Under the pieces are notes generated by a model. The model searched no databases and was not told the origin of the DNA. It saw nothing but the letters and a program-made list of their open reading frames with translations. The position numbers and the translations under genes are program-made. A stretch of 64,000 nucleotides of DNA from Balanoglossus misakiensis (Eukaryota; Animalia; Hemichordata), in assembly GCA_040954595.2 (NCBI GenBank), contig CM082594.2:6716840-6780839 (forward strand). The letters are read 5' to 3'. Each line of letters opens with the position of its first letter. The first letter of the stretch is position 1. Positions 39,401 to 55,600 of this stretch are shown here, one piece after another.

Positions 39401-41627
39401 ACACTTTCTCCTGGAACAACAGTGACTCCGGGGACAACAGTAACTGAAGCACCAGTAACAACTGTATCAACACCAAAAGTGACTTCTGTGCAGTCTATAG
39501 AAACACAAGGCCCTACAACAACACTTGCTCCTGGAACAACAGTGACTCCAGGGACAACAGTAACTGAAGCACCAGTAACAACTGTTTCAACACCAGAAGT
39601 GACTTCTGTGCAGTCTACAGAAACACAAGGCCCTACAACAACACTTGCTCCTGGAACAACATTGACTCCAGGGACAACAGTAACTGAAGCACCAGTTACA
39701 ACTGTATCAACACCAATAGTAACTTCTGTGCAGTCGACAGAAACACAAGGCCCTACAACAACACTTGCTCCTGGAACAACATTGACTCCAGGTACAACAG
39801 TAACTGAAGCACCAGTAACAACTGTATCAACACCAGAAGTGACTTCTGTGCAGTCTACAGAAACACAAGGCCCAACAACAACACTTGCTCCTAGAACAAC
39901 ATTGACTCCAGGGACAACAGTGACTGAAGCACCAGTTACAACTGTATCAACACCAAAAGTGACTTCTGTGCAGTCTACAGAAACACAAGGCCCTACAACA
40001 ACACTTTCTCCTGGAACAACAGTGACTCCGGGGACAACAGTAACTGAAGCACCAGTAACAACTGTATCAACACCAAAAGTGACTTCTGTGCAGTCTATAG
40101 AAACACAAGGCCCTACAACAACACTTGCTCCTGGAACAACAGTGACTCCAGGGACAACAGTAACTGAAGCACCAGTAACAACTGTTTCAACATCAGAAGT
40201 GACTTCTGTGCAGTCTACAGAAACACAAGGCCCTACAACAACACTTGCTCCTGGAACAACAGTGACTGAAGCACCAGTTACAACTGTATCAACACCAAAA
40301 GTGACTTCTGTGCAGTCGACAGAAACACAAGGCCCCACAACAGCACTTGCTCCTAGAACAACATTGACTCCAGGGACAACAGTGACTGAAGCACCAGTAA
40401 CAACTGTATCAACACCAAAAGTGACTTCTGTGCAGTCTACAGAAACACAAGGCCCTACAACAATAATTCCTCCTGGAACTACGGTGACTCCAGGGACAAC
40501 AGTAACTGAAGCACCAGTTACAACTGTACCAACACCAAAAGTGACTTCTGTGCAGTCTACAGAAACACAAGGCCCTACAACAATAATTCCTCCTGGAACT
40601 ACGGTGACTCCAGGGACAACAGTAACTGAAGCACCAGTAACAACTGTATCAACACCAAAAGTGACTTCTGTGCAGTCTACAGAAACACAAGGCCCAACAA
40701 CAACACTTGCTCCTAGAACAACATTGACTCCAGGGACAACAGTGACTGAAGCACCAGTTACAACTGTATCAACACCAAAAGTGACTTCTGTGCAGTCTAC
40801 AGAAACACAAGGCCCTACAACAACACTTTCTCCTGGAACAACAGTGACTCCGGGGACAACAGTAACTGAAGCACCAGTAACAACTGTATCAACACCAAAA
40901 GTGACTTCTGTGCAGTCTATAGAAACACAAGGCCCTACAACAACACTTGCTCCTGGAACAACAGTGACTCCAGGGACAACAGTAACTGAAGCACCAGTAA
41001 CAACTGTTTCAACACCAGAAGTGACTTCTGTGCAGTCTACAGAAACACAAGGCCCTACAACAACACTTGCTCCTGGAACAACAGTGACTGAAGCACCAGT
41101 TACAACTGTATCAACACCAAAAGTGACTTCTGTGCAGTCGACAGAAACACAAGGCCCTACAACAACACTTGCTCCTGGAACAACATTGACTCCAGGTACA
41201 ACAGTAACTGAAGCACCAGTAACAACTGTATCAACACCAGAAGTGACTTCTGTGCAGTCTACAGAAACAAAAGGCCCTACAACAACACTTGCTCCTCGAA
41301 CAACAGTGATTTCAGGGACAACAGTGACTACAACTCCAGTTACAACTGTATCAACACCAAAAGTGACTTCTGTGCAGTCTACAGAAACACAAGGCCTTAC
41401 AACAACACTTGCTCCTGGAACAACAGTGACTCCAGGGACAACAGTGACTGAAGCACCAGTAACAACTGTATCAACACCAGAAGTGACGTCTGTAAAGTCT
41501 ACAGAAACACAAGGCCCTACAACATCACTTGCTCCTGCAACAACAGTGACTCCAGGGACAACAGTGACTACAACTCCTGTTACAACAGTATCAACGCCAA
41601 CATTGACATCTGCGTATACAGCAACAG
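33435..41627 (+). CDS. Giant mucin exon C (~2731 codons) of the 40-aa repeat
   Basis: The first AG after the pyrimidine tract is taactacag|GA CCT, phase 1 and in frame. Donor GCA ACA G|gtaata (ORF 33398..41764). The acceptor position is less certain. Confidence 0.82.
33455..41610 (+). repeat. 120-bp coding minisatellite array C, ~69 units including several 102-bp (18-bp-deleted) units
   Basis: Register shifts of 18 nt near 34610, 36035, 36855, 37675, 38260, 38845, 40265 and 41085. Confidence 0.96.
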
Positions 41628-42810
41628 GTAATATATTGCAGAGATCTCAAGTTATACATTATACAATGCAGATATTTATTTTATTAACAATTTCTCTTTC
41701 CAGTAAAGAAAAGATAAGAAACTGTGACACAACTTCAAAATCATCAATTACATTCTCATGTTAATGTTCCCATATAGTAAAAAAAAATGTCACATTTAGA
41801 AAGATATATGCAGTTTATATATATGTAGATGATAATCTTGTCATGAGTCTTAACATCCTGGTGCCGATTTTTCAGAAATATTCCTTTTAATATTGTTAAA
41901 AGGACATATTTACTTGAAGTTCACAATTTCCTGTGATATATTCCCATATGTTCATGCCAGTAGAATTTGCCAAAACATTGTCATGGGTGTATTTATGTGT
42001 TTCGGTTATAGTCACAATTTACGGTCTGAATTGTATGCAAGGCAGAATCAAAATACAAAAAAATCTTTTCACCCGCAAACAATTGCATGCACGTAATGTG
42101 TGAAATAACTGCATGCTCTTAATGTGTGAGTGATGGTCGATCTCACTGCCATGGACAGAATTATGCCAACAAAGCATTATGACCATCATACAAAAGAAAT
42201 GCAGACGGCAAGCTGTTGTTGCCGACGGCATGCATTATTGCAGCGAGCCCTTCTGCGTTCAGTTTATGCGTCTCAACATTGAGATGAGCAAAACAAGTAG
42301 AAGATCAATTTCTCACTCACCAGGTTCAAGTGAATAAAACAGTGAACTGTTACGGTTAAAGGATGTTGTTTTATGCACCTAGCATTTGGTAAATACAACA
42401 TTGGATGTTAAAAAAGCATCCAGTGTTATGAATGTTTTAGTTCCTATGTAGAGATTTTAAAATACCAGCATTACTTGGTATAATGCTATTTGTGAATATT
42501 TTGATTCCAAGATTATTCAAATATAAATGCCAGATTTAAGTTCACGTTACTTATCCCTGACATCGTTCAGTCAATCTGATAAGTTATATGTCAAACATGG
42601 AGTTATTTATTACATACTGACATGTAAAGTCATTGAAAATTTCTGAGGGAGAAATTGAGACTCTTCTTCTGCATGGCGTTGCGTGTGCATTTTGCAATTT
42701 GCGAATAGGACCGTAAAGCGCCTCTGTAGTTAAAAGCAAGATATTGTATACTGCACAGCGTTGCGTTGCATTACACGCGTTCCAAAACACGTCGCTGAGT
42801 GTTTGCACAG

Positions 42811-42854
42811 TAATGGATAATCACCTTTTGCTCAAGTCGGTTGACTTTGCTTGG
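42811..42854 (+). other. Candidate 44-nt frame-shifting exon, copy 3 (VMDNHLLLKSVDFAW)
   Basis: gtttgcacag|TAATGG … TTTGCTTGG|gtaagt. Confidence 0.5.
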
Positions 42855-43193
42855 GTAAGTACCAAAACATATATACATTAAATTTTGTACTCTGCACAAT
42901 AGTTCTATGATGTGAATTTTGATCCAAGTACATGTAAAGGGGGATAATTAGATCATACGATAAGATTCCTTGTCATTACAGAATTATTTGTCGTGTACAC
43001 GTGCACCTGAATTAGGAACTATATACATTCAAACTAAAATGAAATAAAACTTAAAGCAATATTTCGAAATTATAGTGCTCAGTAATTATCAAACAATGAA
43101 AGAAATCTGTCTACTGTTTTAGAAATACAATTGAACATTATACAAGAACACTTCAAGGTTGACGTAACACGTTTTAAACACTTTTTGTTGTAG

Positions 43194-43229
43194 GTTTATC
43201 AAAAACGCTGACAGGCACAGCAATACCAG
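43194..43229 (+). CDS. 36-nt microexon, copy 3 (GLSKTLTGTAIP)
   Basis: tttttgttgtag|GTTTATC … ATACCAG|gtaaag. Confidence 0.7.
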
Positions 43230-43642
43230 GTAAAGATACACCAACCATACATATGTTCATTCAGTCTCATGCAAAGAAACAAGGCTATAGTACTTACTGA
43301 CAATCCGACCAGCCTCTTCTTGACCACAAAACAACAAATTCTTTCAGAAGAACACACAGGAAACATCTGTAATAAAATCAAGGATAAATAGCTGTCAGCC
43401 AATGCATTGTTATACTCATGCAATTTTCACTTTTACCACTACTCTATGTTCTGATTTTCCTGTCAATATTATTTACACACCACAAATACACACTTGCGAT
43501 TATTCATAAGGAAGATGTAGTAATTGAAAGACCATGTGTGATCCTAAATATCACATTTAACTAAAATTTACTTCAACAATGTATGAGAATAATTTTAATG
43601 CATTTTTATGATAATATTATATAGCTTCTCTTATATTTCAAG

Positions 43643-46600
43643 AACCAAAAGTGACATTTGTGCAGTCTACAGAAACACAAGGCCCTACAACAACACTTGC
43701 TCCTGGAACAACAGTGACTCCGGGTACAACAGTAACTGAAGCACCAGTAACAACTGTATCAACACCAGAAGTGACTTCTGTGCATTCTACAGAAACACAA
43801 GGCCCTACAACAACACTTGCTCCTGGAACAACAGTGACTCCAGGGAGAACAGTAACTGAAGCACCAGTTACAACTGTATCAACACCAAAAGTGACTTCTG
43901 TGCAGTCAACAGAAACACAAGGCCCTACAACAACACTTGCTCCAGGAACAATATTGACTCCAGGGACAGCAGTAACTGAAGCACCAGTAACAACTGTATC
44001 AACACCAAAAGTGACTTCTGTGCAGTCTACAGCAACACAAGGCCCTACAACAACACTTGCTCCTGGAACAACATTGACTCCAGGGACAACAGTAACTGAA
44101 GCACCAGCAACAACTGTATCAACACCAAAAGTGACTTCTGTGCAGTCTACTGAAACACAAGGCCCTACAACAACACTTGCTCCTGGAACAACATTGACTC
44201 CAGGGACAACAGTAACTGAAGCACCAGTAACAACTGTATCAACACCAAAAGTGACTTCTGTGCAGTCTACACAAACACAAGGCCCTACAACAACACTTGC
44301 TCCTGAAACAACAGTGACTCTAGCGACAACAGTAACTGCAGCACCAGTAACTACTGTATCAACACCAAAGGTGACTTCTGTGCAGTCAACAGAAACACAA
44401 GGCCCTACAACAAAACTTGCTCCTGGAACAACAGTAACTCCAGGTTCAACAGTAACTGAAGCACCAGTAACAACTGTATCAACACCAGAAGTGACGTCTG
44501 TGCAGTCTACTGAAACACAAGGCTCTACCAGAACACTTGCTCCTGGAACAACATTGACTCCAGGGACAACAGTAACTGAAGCACCAGTAACAACTGTATC
44601 AACACCAGAAGTGACGTCTGTGCAGTCCACAGAAACACAAGGCCCTACAACAACACTTGCTCCTGGAACAACAGTGACTCCAGGGAGAACAGTAACTGAA
44701 GCACCAGTTACAACTGTATCAACACCAAAAGTGACTTCTGTGCAGTCTACAGAATCACAAGGCCCTACAACAACACTTGCTCCTGGAACAACAGTGACTC
44801 CAGGGACAACATTAACTGAAGCACCAGTAACAACTGTATCAACACCAAAAGTGACTTCTGTGCAGTCGACAGAAACACAAGGCCCTACAACAACACTTGC
44901 TCCTGGAACAACATTGACTCCAGGGACAACAATAACTGAAACACCAGTAAAAACTGTATCAACACCAAAAGTGACTTCTGTGCAGTCAACAGAAACACAA
45001 GGCCCTACAACAACACTTGCTCCTGGAACAACATTGACTCCAGGGACAACAGTAACTGAAGCACCAGTAACAGCTGTATCAACACCAAAAGTGACTTCTG
45101 TGCAGTCTACAGAATCACAAGGCTCTACAACAACACTTGCTCCTGGAACAACAGTGTCTCCAGGTACAACAGTAACTGAAGCACCAGTAACAACTGTATC
45201 AACACCAAAAGTGGCTTCTGTGCAGACTACAGAAACACAAGGCCCTACAACAACACTTGCTCCTGGAACAACATTGACTCCAGGGACAACAGTAACTGAA
45301 GCACCAGTAACAACTGTATCAACACCAAAAGTGACTTCTGTGCAGACTACAGAAACACAAGGCCCTACAACAACACTTGCTCCTGGAACAACATTGACTC
45401 CAGGGACAACAGTGACTGCAACACCAGTAAAAACTGTATCAACACCAAAAGTGACTACTGTGCAGTCAACAGAAACACAAGGCCCTACAACAACACTTGC
45501 TCCTAAAACAACAGTGACTCCAGGGACAACAGTAACTGCAGCACCAGTAACAACTGTATCAACACCAAAGGTGACTTCTGTGCAGTCTACAGAAACACAA
45601 GGCCCTACAACAACACTTGCTCCTGGAACAACAGTGACTCCAGGGACAACAGTAACTGCAGCACCAGTAACAACTGTATCAACACCAAAGGTGACTTCTG
45701 TGCAGTCTACAGAAACACAAGGCCCTACAACAACACTTGCTCCTGGAACAACAGTGACTCCAGGGACAACAGTAACTGAAGCATCAGTTACAACTGTATC
45801 AACACCAGAAGTGACTTCTGTGCAGTCTACTGAAACACAAGGCCCTACAACAACACTTGCTCCTGGAACAACAGTGACTCCAGGGACAACAGTAACTGAA
45901 GCACCAGTAACAACTGTATCAACATTAAAAGTGACTTCTGTGCAGTCTACTGAAACACAAGGCCCTACAACAACACTTGCTCATGGAACAACAGTGACTC
46001 CAGGGACAACAGTAACTGAAGCACCAGTTACAACTGTATCAACACCAAAAGTGACTTCTGTGCAGTCTACTGAAACACAAGGCCCTACAACAACACTTGC
46101 TCCTGGAACAACAGTGACTCCAGGGACAACAGTAACTGAAGCACCAGTAACAACTGTATCAACACCAAAAGTGACTTCTGTGCAGTCTACTGAAACACAA
46201 GGCCCTACAACAACACTTGCTCCTGGAACAACAGTGTCTCCAGGGACAACAGTAACTGAAGCACCAGTAACAACTGTATCAACACCAAAAGTGACTTCTG
46301 TGCAGTCTACAGAAACACAAGGCCCTACAACAACACTTGCTCCTGGAACAACAGTGACTCCTGGGACAACAGTAACTGAAGCACCAGTAACAACTGTATC
46401 AACACCAATAGTGACTTCTGTGCAGTCGACAGAAACACAAGGCCCTACAACAACACTTGCTCCTGGAACAACAGTGACTCCAGGGACAACAGTAACTGAA
46501 GCACCAGTAACAACTGTATCAACACCAAAAGTGACTTCTGTGCAGTCGACAGAAACACAAGGCCCTACAACAACACTTGTTCCTGGAACAACAGTGACTC

Positions 46601-49600
46601 CAGGGACAACAGTGACTGAAGCACCAGTAACAACTGTATCAACACCAAAAGTGACTTCTGTGCAGTCGACAGAAACACAAGGCCCTACAACAAAACTTGC
46701 TCCTGGAACAACATTGACTCCAGGGACAACAGTAACTGAAGCACCAGTTACAACTGTATCAACACCAACAGGGACTTCTGTGCAGTCGACAGAAACACAA
46801 GGCCCTACAACAACACTTGTTCCTGGAACAACAGTGACTCCAGGGACAACAGTGACTGAAGCACCAGTAACAACTGTATCAACACCAAAAGTGACTTCTG
46901 TGCAGTCGACAGAAACACAAGGCCCTACAACAACACTTGCTCCTGGAACAACAGTGACTCCAGGGACAACAGTAACTGAAGCACCAGTAACAACTGTATC
47001 AACACCAACAGTGACTTCTGTGCAGTCTACAGAAACACAAGGCCCTACAACAACACTTGCTCCTGGAACAACAGTGACTCCAGGGACAACAGTAACTGAA
47101 GCACCAGTAACAACTGTATCAACACCAATAGTGACTTCTGTGCAGTCGACAAAAACACAAGGCCCTACAACAACACTTGCTCTTGGAACAACATTGACTC
47201 CAGGGACAACAGTAACTGAAGCACCAGTTAAAACTGTATCAACACCAAGAGTGACTTCTGTGCAGGCTACAGAAACACAAGGCTCTGCAACAACACTTGC
47301 TCCTGGAACAACAGTGTCTCCAGGGACAACAGTAACTAAAGCACCAGTAACAACTGTATCAACACCAAAAGTGACTTCTGTGCAGTCGACAGAAACACAA
47401 GGCCCTACAACAACACTTGCTCCTGGAACAACAGTGACTCCAGGGACAACAGTAACTGAAGCACCAGTTACAACTGTATCAACAGCAAAAGTGACTTCTG
47501 TGCAGTCAACAGAAACACAGGGCCCTACAACAACACTTGCTCCTGGAACAACAGTGACTCCAGGGACAACAGTAACTGAAGCAACAGTTACAACTGTATC
47601 AACACCAATAGTGACTTCTGTGCAGTCTACAGAAACACAAGGCCCTACAACAACACTTGCTCCTGGAACAACAGTGACTCCAGGGACAACAGTAACTGAA
47701 GCACCAGTAACAACTGTATCAACACCAACAGTGACTTCTGTGCAGTCGACAGAAACACAAGGCCCTACAACAAAACTTGCTCCTGGAACAACATTGACTC
47801 CAGGGACAACAGTAACTGAAGCACCAGTTAAAACTGTATCAACACCAACAGGGACTTCTGTGCAGTCGACAGAAACACAAGGCCCTACAACAACACTTGC
47901 TCCTGGAACAACAGTGACTCCAGGGACAACAGTAACTGAAGCACCAGTAACAACTGTATCAACACCAAAAGTGACTTCTGTGCAGTCGACAGAAACACAA
48001 GGCCCTACAACAACACTTGCTCCTGGAACAACAGTGACTCCAGGGAAAACAGTAACTGAAGCACCAGTAACAACTGTATCAACACCAAAAGTGACTTCTG
48101 TGCAGTCGACAGAAACACAAGGCCCTACAACAACACTTGCTCCTAGAACAACATTGACTCCAGGGACAACAGTAACTGAAGTACCAGTCACAACTGTATC
48201 AACACCAATAGTGACTTCTGTGCAGTCGACAGAAACACAAGGCCCTACAACAACACTTGCCCCTGGAACAACAGTGACTCCAGGGACAACAGTAACTGAA
48301 GCACAAGTTACAACTGTATCAACACCAACAGTGACTTCTGTGCAGTCGACAGAAATACAAGGCCCGTCAACAACACTTGCTGCTGGAACAACAGTGACTC
48401 CAGGGACAACATTAACTGCAACACCAGTAACAACTGTATCAACACCAAAAGTGACTTCTGTGCAGTCTACGGAAACACAAGGCCCTACAACAACACTTGC
48501 TCGAGGAACAACATTGACTCCAGGGACAATAGTAACTGAAGCACCAGTAACAACTGTATCAACACCAAAAGTGACTTCTGTGCAGTCGACAGAAACACAA
48601 GGCCCTACAACAACACTTGCTCCTGGAGCAACAGTGACTCCAGGGACAACAGTAACTGAAGCACCAGTAACAACTGTATCAACACCAAAAGTGACTTCTG
48701 TACAGTCTACTGAAACACAAGGCCCTACAACAACACTTGCTCCTGGAACAACAGTGTCTCCAGGGACAACAGTAACTGAAGTACCAGTCACAACTGTATC
48801 AACACCAATTGTGACTTCTGTGCAGTCTACAGAAACACAAGGCCCTACAACAACACTTGCTCCTGGAACAACAGTGACTCCAGGGACAACAGTAACTGAA
48901 GCACCAGTAACAACTGTATCAACACCAATACTGACTTCTGTGCAGTCGACAGAAACACAAGGCCCTACAACAACACTTGCCCCTGGAACAACAGTGACTC
49001 CAGGGACAACAGTAACTGAAGCACAAGTTACAACTGTATCAACACCAACAGTGACTTCTGTGCAGTCGACAGAAATACAAGGCCCGTCAACAACACTTGC
49101 TGCTGGAACAACAGTGACTCCAGGGACAACATTAACTGCAACACCAGTAACAACTGTATCAACACCAAAAGTGACTTCTGTGCAGTCTACGGAAACACAA
49201 GGCCCTACAACAACACTTGCTCGAGGAACAACATTGACTCCAGGGACAATAGTAACTGAAGCACCAGTAACAACTGTATCAACACCAAAAGTGACTTCTG
49301 TGCAGTCGACAGAAACACAAGGCCCTACAACAACACTTGCCCCTGGAACAACATTGACTCCAGGGACAACAGTAACTGAAGCACCAGTAACAACTGTATC
49401 AACACCAATAGTGACTTCTGTGCAGTCGACAGAAACACAAGGCCCTACATCAACACTTGCTCCTGGAACAACATTGACTCCAGGGACAACAGTAACTGAA
49501 GCACCAGTAACAACTGTATCAACACCAAAAGTGACTTCTTCGCAGTCGACAGAAACACAAGGCCCTACAACAACACTTGCTCCTGGAACAACAGTGACTC

Positions 49601-52600
49601 CAGGGACAACAGTAACTGAAGGACCAGTAACATCTGTATCAACACCAAAAGTGACTTCTGTACAGTCTACTGAAACACAAGGCCCTACAACAACACTTGC
49701 TCCTGGAACAATATTGACTCCAGGGACAACGGTAACTGAAGTACCAGTCACAACTGTATCAACACCAATTGTGACTTCTGTGCAGTCGACAGAAACACAA
49801 GGCCCTACAACAACACTTGCTCCTGGAACAACAGTGACTCCAGGGACAACAGTAACTGAAGCACCAGTAACAACTGTATCAACACCAAAAGTGACTTTTG
49901 TACAGTCTACTGAAACACAAGGCTCTACAACAACACTTGCTCCTGGAACAACAGTGTCTCCAGGGACAACAGTAACTGAAGTACCAGTCACAACAGTATC
50001 AACACCAATTGTGACTTCTGTGCAGTCTACAGAAACACAAGGCCCTACAACAACACTTGCTCCTGGAACAACAGTGACTCCAGGGACAACAATAACTGAA
50101 GCACCAGTAACATCTGTATCAACACCAAAAGTGACTTCTGTGCAGTCTACAGAAACACAAGGCCCTACAACAACACTTGCTCCTGGAACAACATTGACTC
50201 CAGGGACAACAGTAACTGAAGCACCAGTAACAACTGTATCAACACGAAAAGTGACTTCTGTGCAGTCTACAGAAACACAAGGCCCTACAACAACACTTGC
50301 CCCTGGAACAACAGTGACTCCAGGGACAACAGTAACTGAAGCACCAGTAACAACTGTATCAACACCAAAAGTGACTTCTGTGCAGTCTACAGAAACACAA
50401 GGCCCTACAACAACACTTGCTCCTGGAACAACAGTGACTCCAGGGACAACAGTAACTGAAGCACCAGTAACAACTGTATCAACACCAAAAGTGACTTCTG
50501 TGCAGTCGACAGAAACACAAGGCCCTACAACAACACTTGCTCCTGGAACAACAGTGACTCCAGGGACAACAGTAACTGAAGCACCAGTAACAACTGTATC
50601 AACACCAAAAGTGACTTCTGTACAGTCTACTGAAACACAAGGCTCTACAACAACACTTGCTCCTGGAACAACAGTGTCTCCAGGGACAACAGTAACTGAA
50701 GTACCAGTCACAACTGTATCAACACCAATTGTGACTTCTGTGCAGTCTACAGAAACACAAGGCCCTACAACAACACTTGCTCCTGGAACAACAGTGACTC
50801 CAGGGACAACAATAAATGAAGCACCAGTAACATCTGTATCAACACCAAAAGTGACTTCTGTGCAGTCTACAGAAACACAAGGCCCTACAACAACACTTGC
50901 TCCTGGAACAACATTGACTCCAGGGACAACAGTAACTGAAGCACCAGTAACAACTGTATCAACACGAAAAGTGACTTCTGTGCAGTCTACAGAAACACAA
51001 GGCCCTACAACAACACTTGCCCCTGGAACAACATTGACTCCAGGGACAACAGTAACTGAAGCACCAGTAACAACTGTATCAACACGAAAAGTGACTTCTG
51101 TGCAGTCTACAGAAACACAAGGCCCTACAACAACACTTGCCCCTGGAACAACATTGACTCCAGGGACAACAGTAACTGAAGCACCAGTAACAACTGTATC
51201 AACACCAAAAGTGACTTCTGTACAGTCTACTGAAACACAAGGCTCTACAACAACACTTGCTCCTGGAACAACAGTGTCTCCAGGGACAACAGTAACTGAA
51301 GTACCAGTCACAACTGTATCAACACCAATTGTGACTTCTGTGCAGTCTACAGAAACACAAGGCCCTACAACAACACTTGCTCCTGGAACAACAGTGACTC
51401 CAGGGACAACAGTAACTGAAGCACCAGTAACATCTGTATCAACACCAAAAGTGACTTCTGTGCAGTCTACAGAAACACAAGGCCCTACAACAACACTTGC
51501 TCCTGGAACAACATTGACTCCAGGGACAACAGTAACTGAAGCACCAGTAACAACTGTATCAACACGAAAAGTGACTTCTGTGCAGTCTACAGAAACACAA
51601 GGCCCTACAACAACACTTGCCCCTGGAACAACAGTGACTCCAGGGACAACAGTAACTGAAGCACCAGTAACAACTGTATCAACACCAAAAGTGACTTCTG
51701 TGCAGTCTACAGAAACACAAGGCCCTACAACAACACTTGCTCCTGGAACAACAGTGACTCCAGGGACAACAGTAACTGAAGCACCAGTAACAACTGTATC
51801 AACACCAAAAGTGACTTCTGTGCAGTCTACAGAAACACAAGGCCCTACAACAACACTAGCCCCTGGAACAACATTGACTCCAGGGACAACAGTAACTGAA
51901 GCACCAGTAACAACTGTATCAACACGAAAAGTGACTTCTGTGCAGTCTACAGAAACACAAGGCCATACAACAACACTTGCTCCTGGAACAACATTGACTC
52001 CAGGGACAACAGTAACTGAAGCACCAGTAACAACTCTATCAACATCAAAAGTGACTTCTGTGCAGTCGACAGAAACACAAGGTCCTACAACAACACTTGC
52101 TCCTGGAACAACATTGACTCCAGGGACAACAGTAACTGAAGCACCAGTAACAACTGTATCAACACCAAAAGTGACTTCTGTGCAGTCGACAGAAACACAA
52201 GGCCCTACAACAACACTTGCTCCTAGAACAACAGTGTCTCCAGGGACAACAGTAACTGAAGCACCAGTAACAACTGTATCAACACCAACAGTGACTTCTG
52301 TGCAGTCTACAGAAACACAAGGCCCTACAACAACACTTGCTCCTGGAACAACAGTGACTCCAGGGACAACAATAACTGAAGCACCAGTAACATCTGTATC
52401 AACACCAAAAGTGACTTCTGTGCAGTCTACAGAAACACAAGGCCCTACAACAACACTTTCTCCTGGAACAACATTGACTCCAGGGACAACAGTAACTGAA
52501 GCACCAGTAACAACTGTATCAACACCAAAAGTGACTTCTGTACAGTCTACTGAAACACAAGGCTCTACAACAACACTTGCTCCTGGAACAACAGTGTCTC

Positions 52601-55600
52601 CAGGGACAACAGTAACTGAAGTACCAGTCACAACTGTATCAACACCAATTGTGACTTCTGTGCAGTCTACAGAAACACAAGGCCCTACAACAACACTTGC
52701 TCCTGGAACAACAGTGACTCCAGGGACAACAATAACTGAAGCACCAGTAACATCTGTATCAACACCAAAAGTGACTTCTGTGCAGTCTACAGAAACACAA
52801 GGCCCTACAACAACACTTGCTCCTGGAACAACATTGACTCCAGGGACAACAGTAACTGAAGCACCAGTAACAACTGTATCAACACGAAAAGTGACTTCTG
52901 TGCAGTCTACAGAAACACAAGGCCCTACAACAACACTTGCCCCTGGAACAACAGTGACTCCAGGGACAACAGTAACTGAAGCACCAGTAACAACTGTATC
53001 AACACCAAAAGTGACTTCTGTGCAGTCTACAGAAACACAAGGCCCTACAACAACACTTGCTCCTGGAACAACATTGACTCCAGGGACAACAGTAACTGAA
53101 GCACCAGTAACAACTCTATCAACATCAAAAGTGACTTCTGTGCAGTCGACAGAAACACAAGGTCCTACAACACTTGCTCCTGGAACAACATTGACTCCAG
53201 GGACAACAGTAACTGAAGCACCAGTAACAACTGTATCAACACCAAAAGTGACTTCTGTGCAGTCGACAGAAACACAAGGCCCTACAACAACACTTGCTCC
53301 TAGAACTACAGTGTCTCCAGGGACAACAGTAACTGAAGCACCAGTAACAACTGTATCAACACCAACAGTGACTTCTGTGCAGTCTACAGAAACACAAGGC
53401 CCTACAACAACACTTGCTCCTGGAACAACAGTGACTCCAGGGACAACAATAACTGAAGCACCAGTAACATCTGTATCAACACCAAAAGTGACTTCTGTGC
53501 AGTCTACAGAAACACAAGGCCCTACAATAACACTTGCTCCTGGAACAACATTGACTCCAGGGACAACAGTAACTGAAACACCAGTAACAACTGTATCAAC
53601 ACGAAAAGTGACTTCTGTGCAGTCTACAGAAACACAAGGCCCTACAACAACACTTGCCCCTGGAACAACAGTGACTCCAGGGACAACAGTAACTGAAGCA
53701 CCAGTAACAACTGTATCAACACCAAAAGTGACTTCTGTGCAGTCTACAGAAACACAAGGCCCTACAACAACACTTGCTCCTGGAACAACATTGACTCCAG
53801 GGACAACAGTAACTGAAGCACCAGTAACAACTCTATCAACATCAAAAATGACTTCTGTGCAGTCGACAGAAACACAAGGTCCTACAACAACACTTGCTCC
53901 TGGAACAACAGTGACTCCAGGGACAACAGTAACTGAAGCACCAGTAACAACTGTATCAACACCAAAAGTGACTTCTGTGCAGTCGACAGAAACACAAGGC
54001 CCTACAACAACACTTGCTCCTAGAACAACAGTGTCTCCAGGGACAACAGTAACTGAAGCACCAGTAACAACTGTATCAACACCAAAAGTGACTTCTGTGC
54101 AGTCTACTGAAACACAAGGCCCTACAACAACACTTGCTCCTGGAACAACAGTGTCTCCAGGGACAACAGTAACTGAAGCACCAGTAACAACTCTATCATC
54201 ACCAAAAGTGACTTCTGTGCAGTCTACTGAAACACAAGGCCCTACAACAACACTTGCTCCTGGAACAACAGTGACTCCAGGGACAACAGTATCTGAAGCA
54301 CCAGTAACAACTGTATCAACACGAAAAGTGACTTCTGTGCAGTCTACAGAAACACAAGGCCCTACAACAACACTTGCTCCTGGAACAACAGTGTCTCCAG
54401 GGACAACAGTAACTGAAGCACCAGTAACAACTGTATCAACACCAAAAGTGACTTCTGTGCAGTCTACTGAAACACAAGGCCCTACAACAACACTTGCTCC
54501 TGGAACAACAGTGACTCCAGGGACAACAGTAACTGAAGCACCAGTAACAACTGTATCAACACGAAAAGTGACTTCTGTGCAGTCTACAGAGACACAAGGC
54601 CCTACAACAACACTTGCTCCTGGAACAACAGTGACTCCAGGGACAACAGTAACTGAGGCACCAGTAACAACTGTATCAACACCAAAAGTGACTTCTTCGC
54701 AGTCGACAGAAACACAAGGCCCTACAACAACACTTGCTCCTGGAACAACAGTGACTCCAGGGACAACAGTAACTGAAGCACCAGTAACAACTGTATCAAC
54801 ACCAAAAGTGACTTCTGTGCAGTCGACAGAAACACAAGGCCCTACAACAAAACTTGCTCCTGGAACAACATTCACTCCAGGGACAACAGTAACTGAAGCA
54901 TCAGTAACAACTGTATCAACACCAAAAGTGACTTCTGTGCAGTCGACAGAAACACAAGGCCCTACAACAACACTTGCTCCTAGAACAACAGTGTCTCCAG
55001 GGACAACAGTAACTGAAGCACCAGTAACAACTGTATCAACACCAAAAGTGACTTCTGTGCAGTCTACAGAAACACAAGGCCCTACAACAACATTTGCTCC
55101 TGGAACTAAAGTGACTCCAGGGACAACAGTAACTGAAGCACCAGTAACAACTGTATCAACACCAAAAGTGACTTCTGTGCAGTCGACAGAAACACAAGGC
55201 CCTACAACAACACTTGCTCCTAGAACAACAGTGTCTCCAGGGACAACAGTAACTGAAGCACCAGTAACAACTGTATCAACACCAAAAGTGACTTCTGTGC
55301 AGTCTACTGAAACACAAGGCCCTACAACAACACTTGCTCCTGGAACAACAGTGTCTCCAGGGACAACAGTAACTGAAGCACCAGTAACAACTCTATCATC
55401 ACCAAAAGTGACTTCTGTGCAGTCTACTGAAACACAAGGCCCTACAACAACACTTGCTCCTGGAACAACAGTGACTCCAGGGACAACAGTATCTGAAGCA
55501 CCAGTAACAACTGTATCAACACGAAAAGTGACTTCTGTGCAGTCTACAGAAACACAAGGCCCTACAACAACACTTGCTCCTGGAACAACAGTGACTCCAG

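Larger units (their letters stand above)
41628..43642 (+). repeat. Paralogous intronic spacer, copy 3
   Basis: Collinear homology to spacers 1 and 2. Confidence 0.92.
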
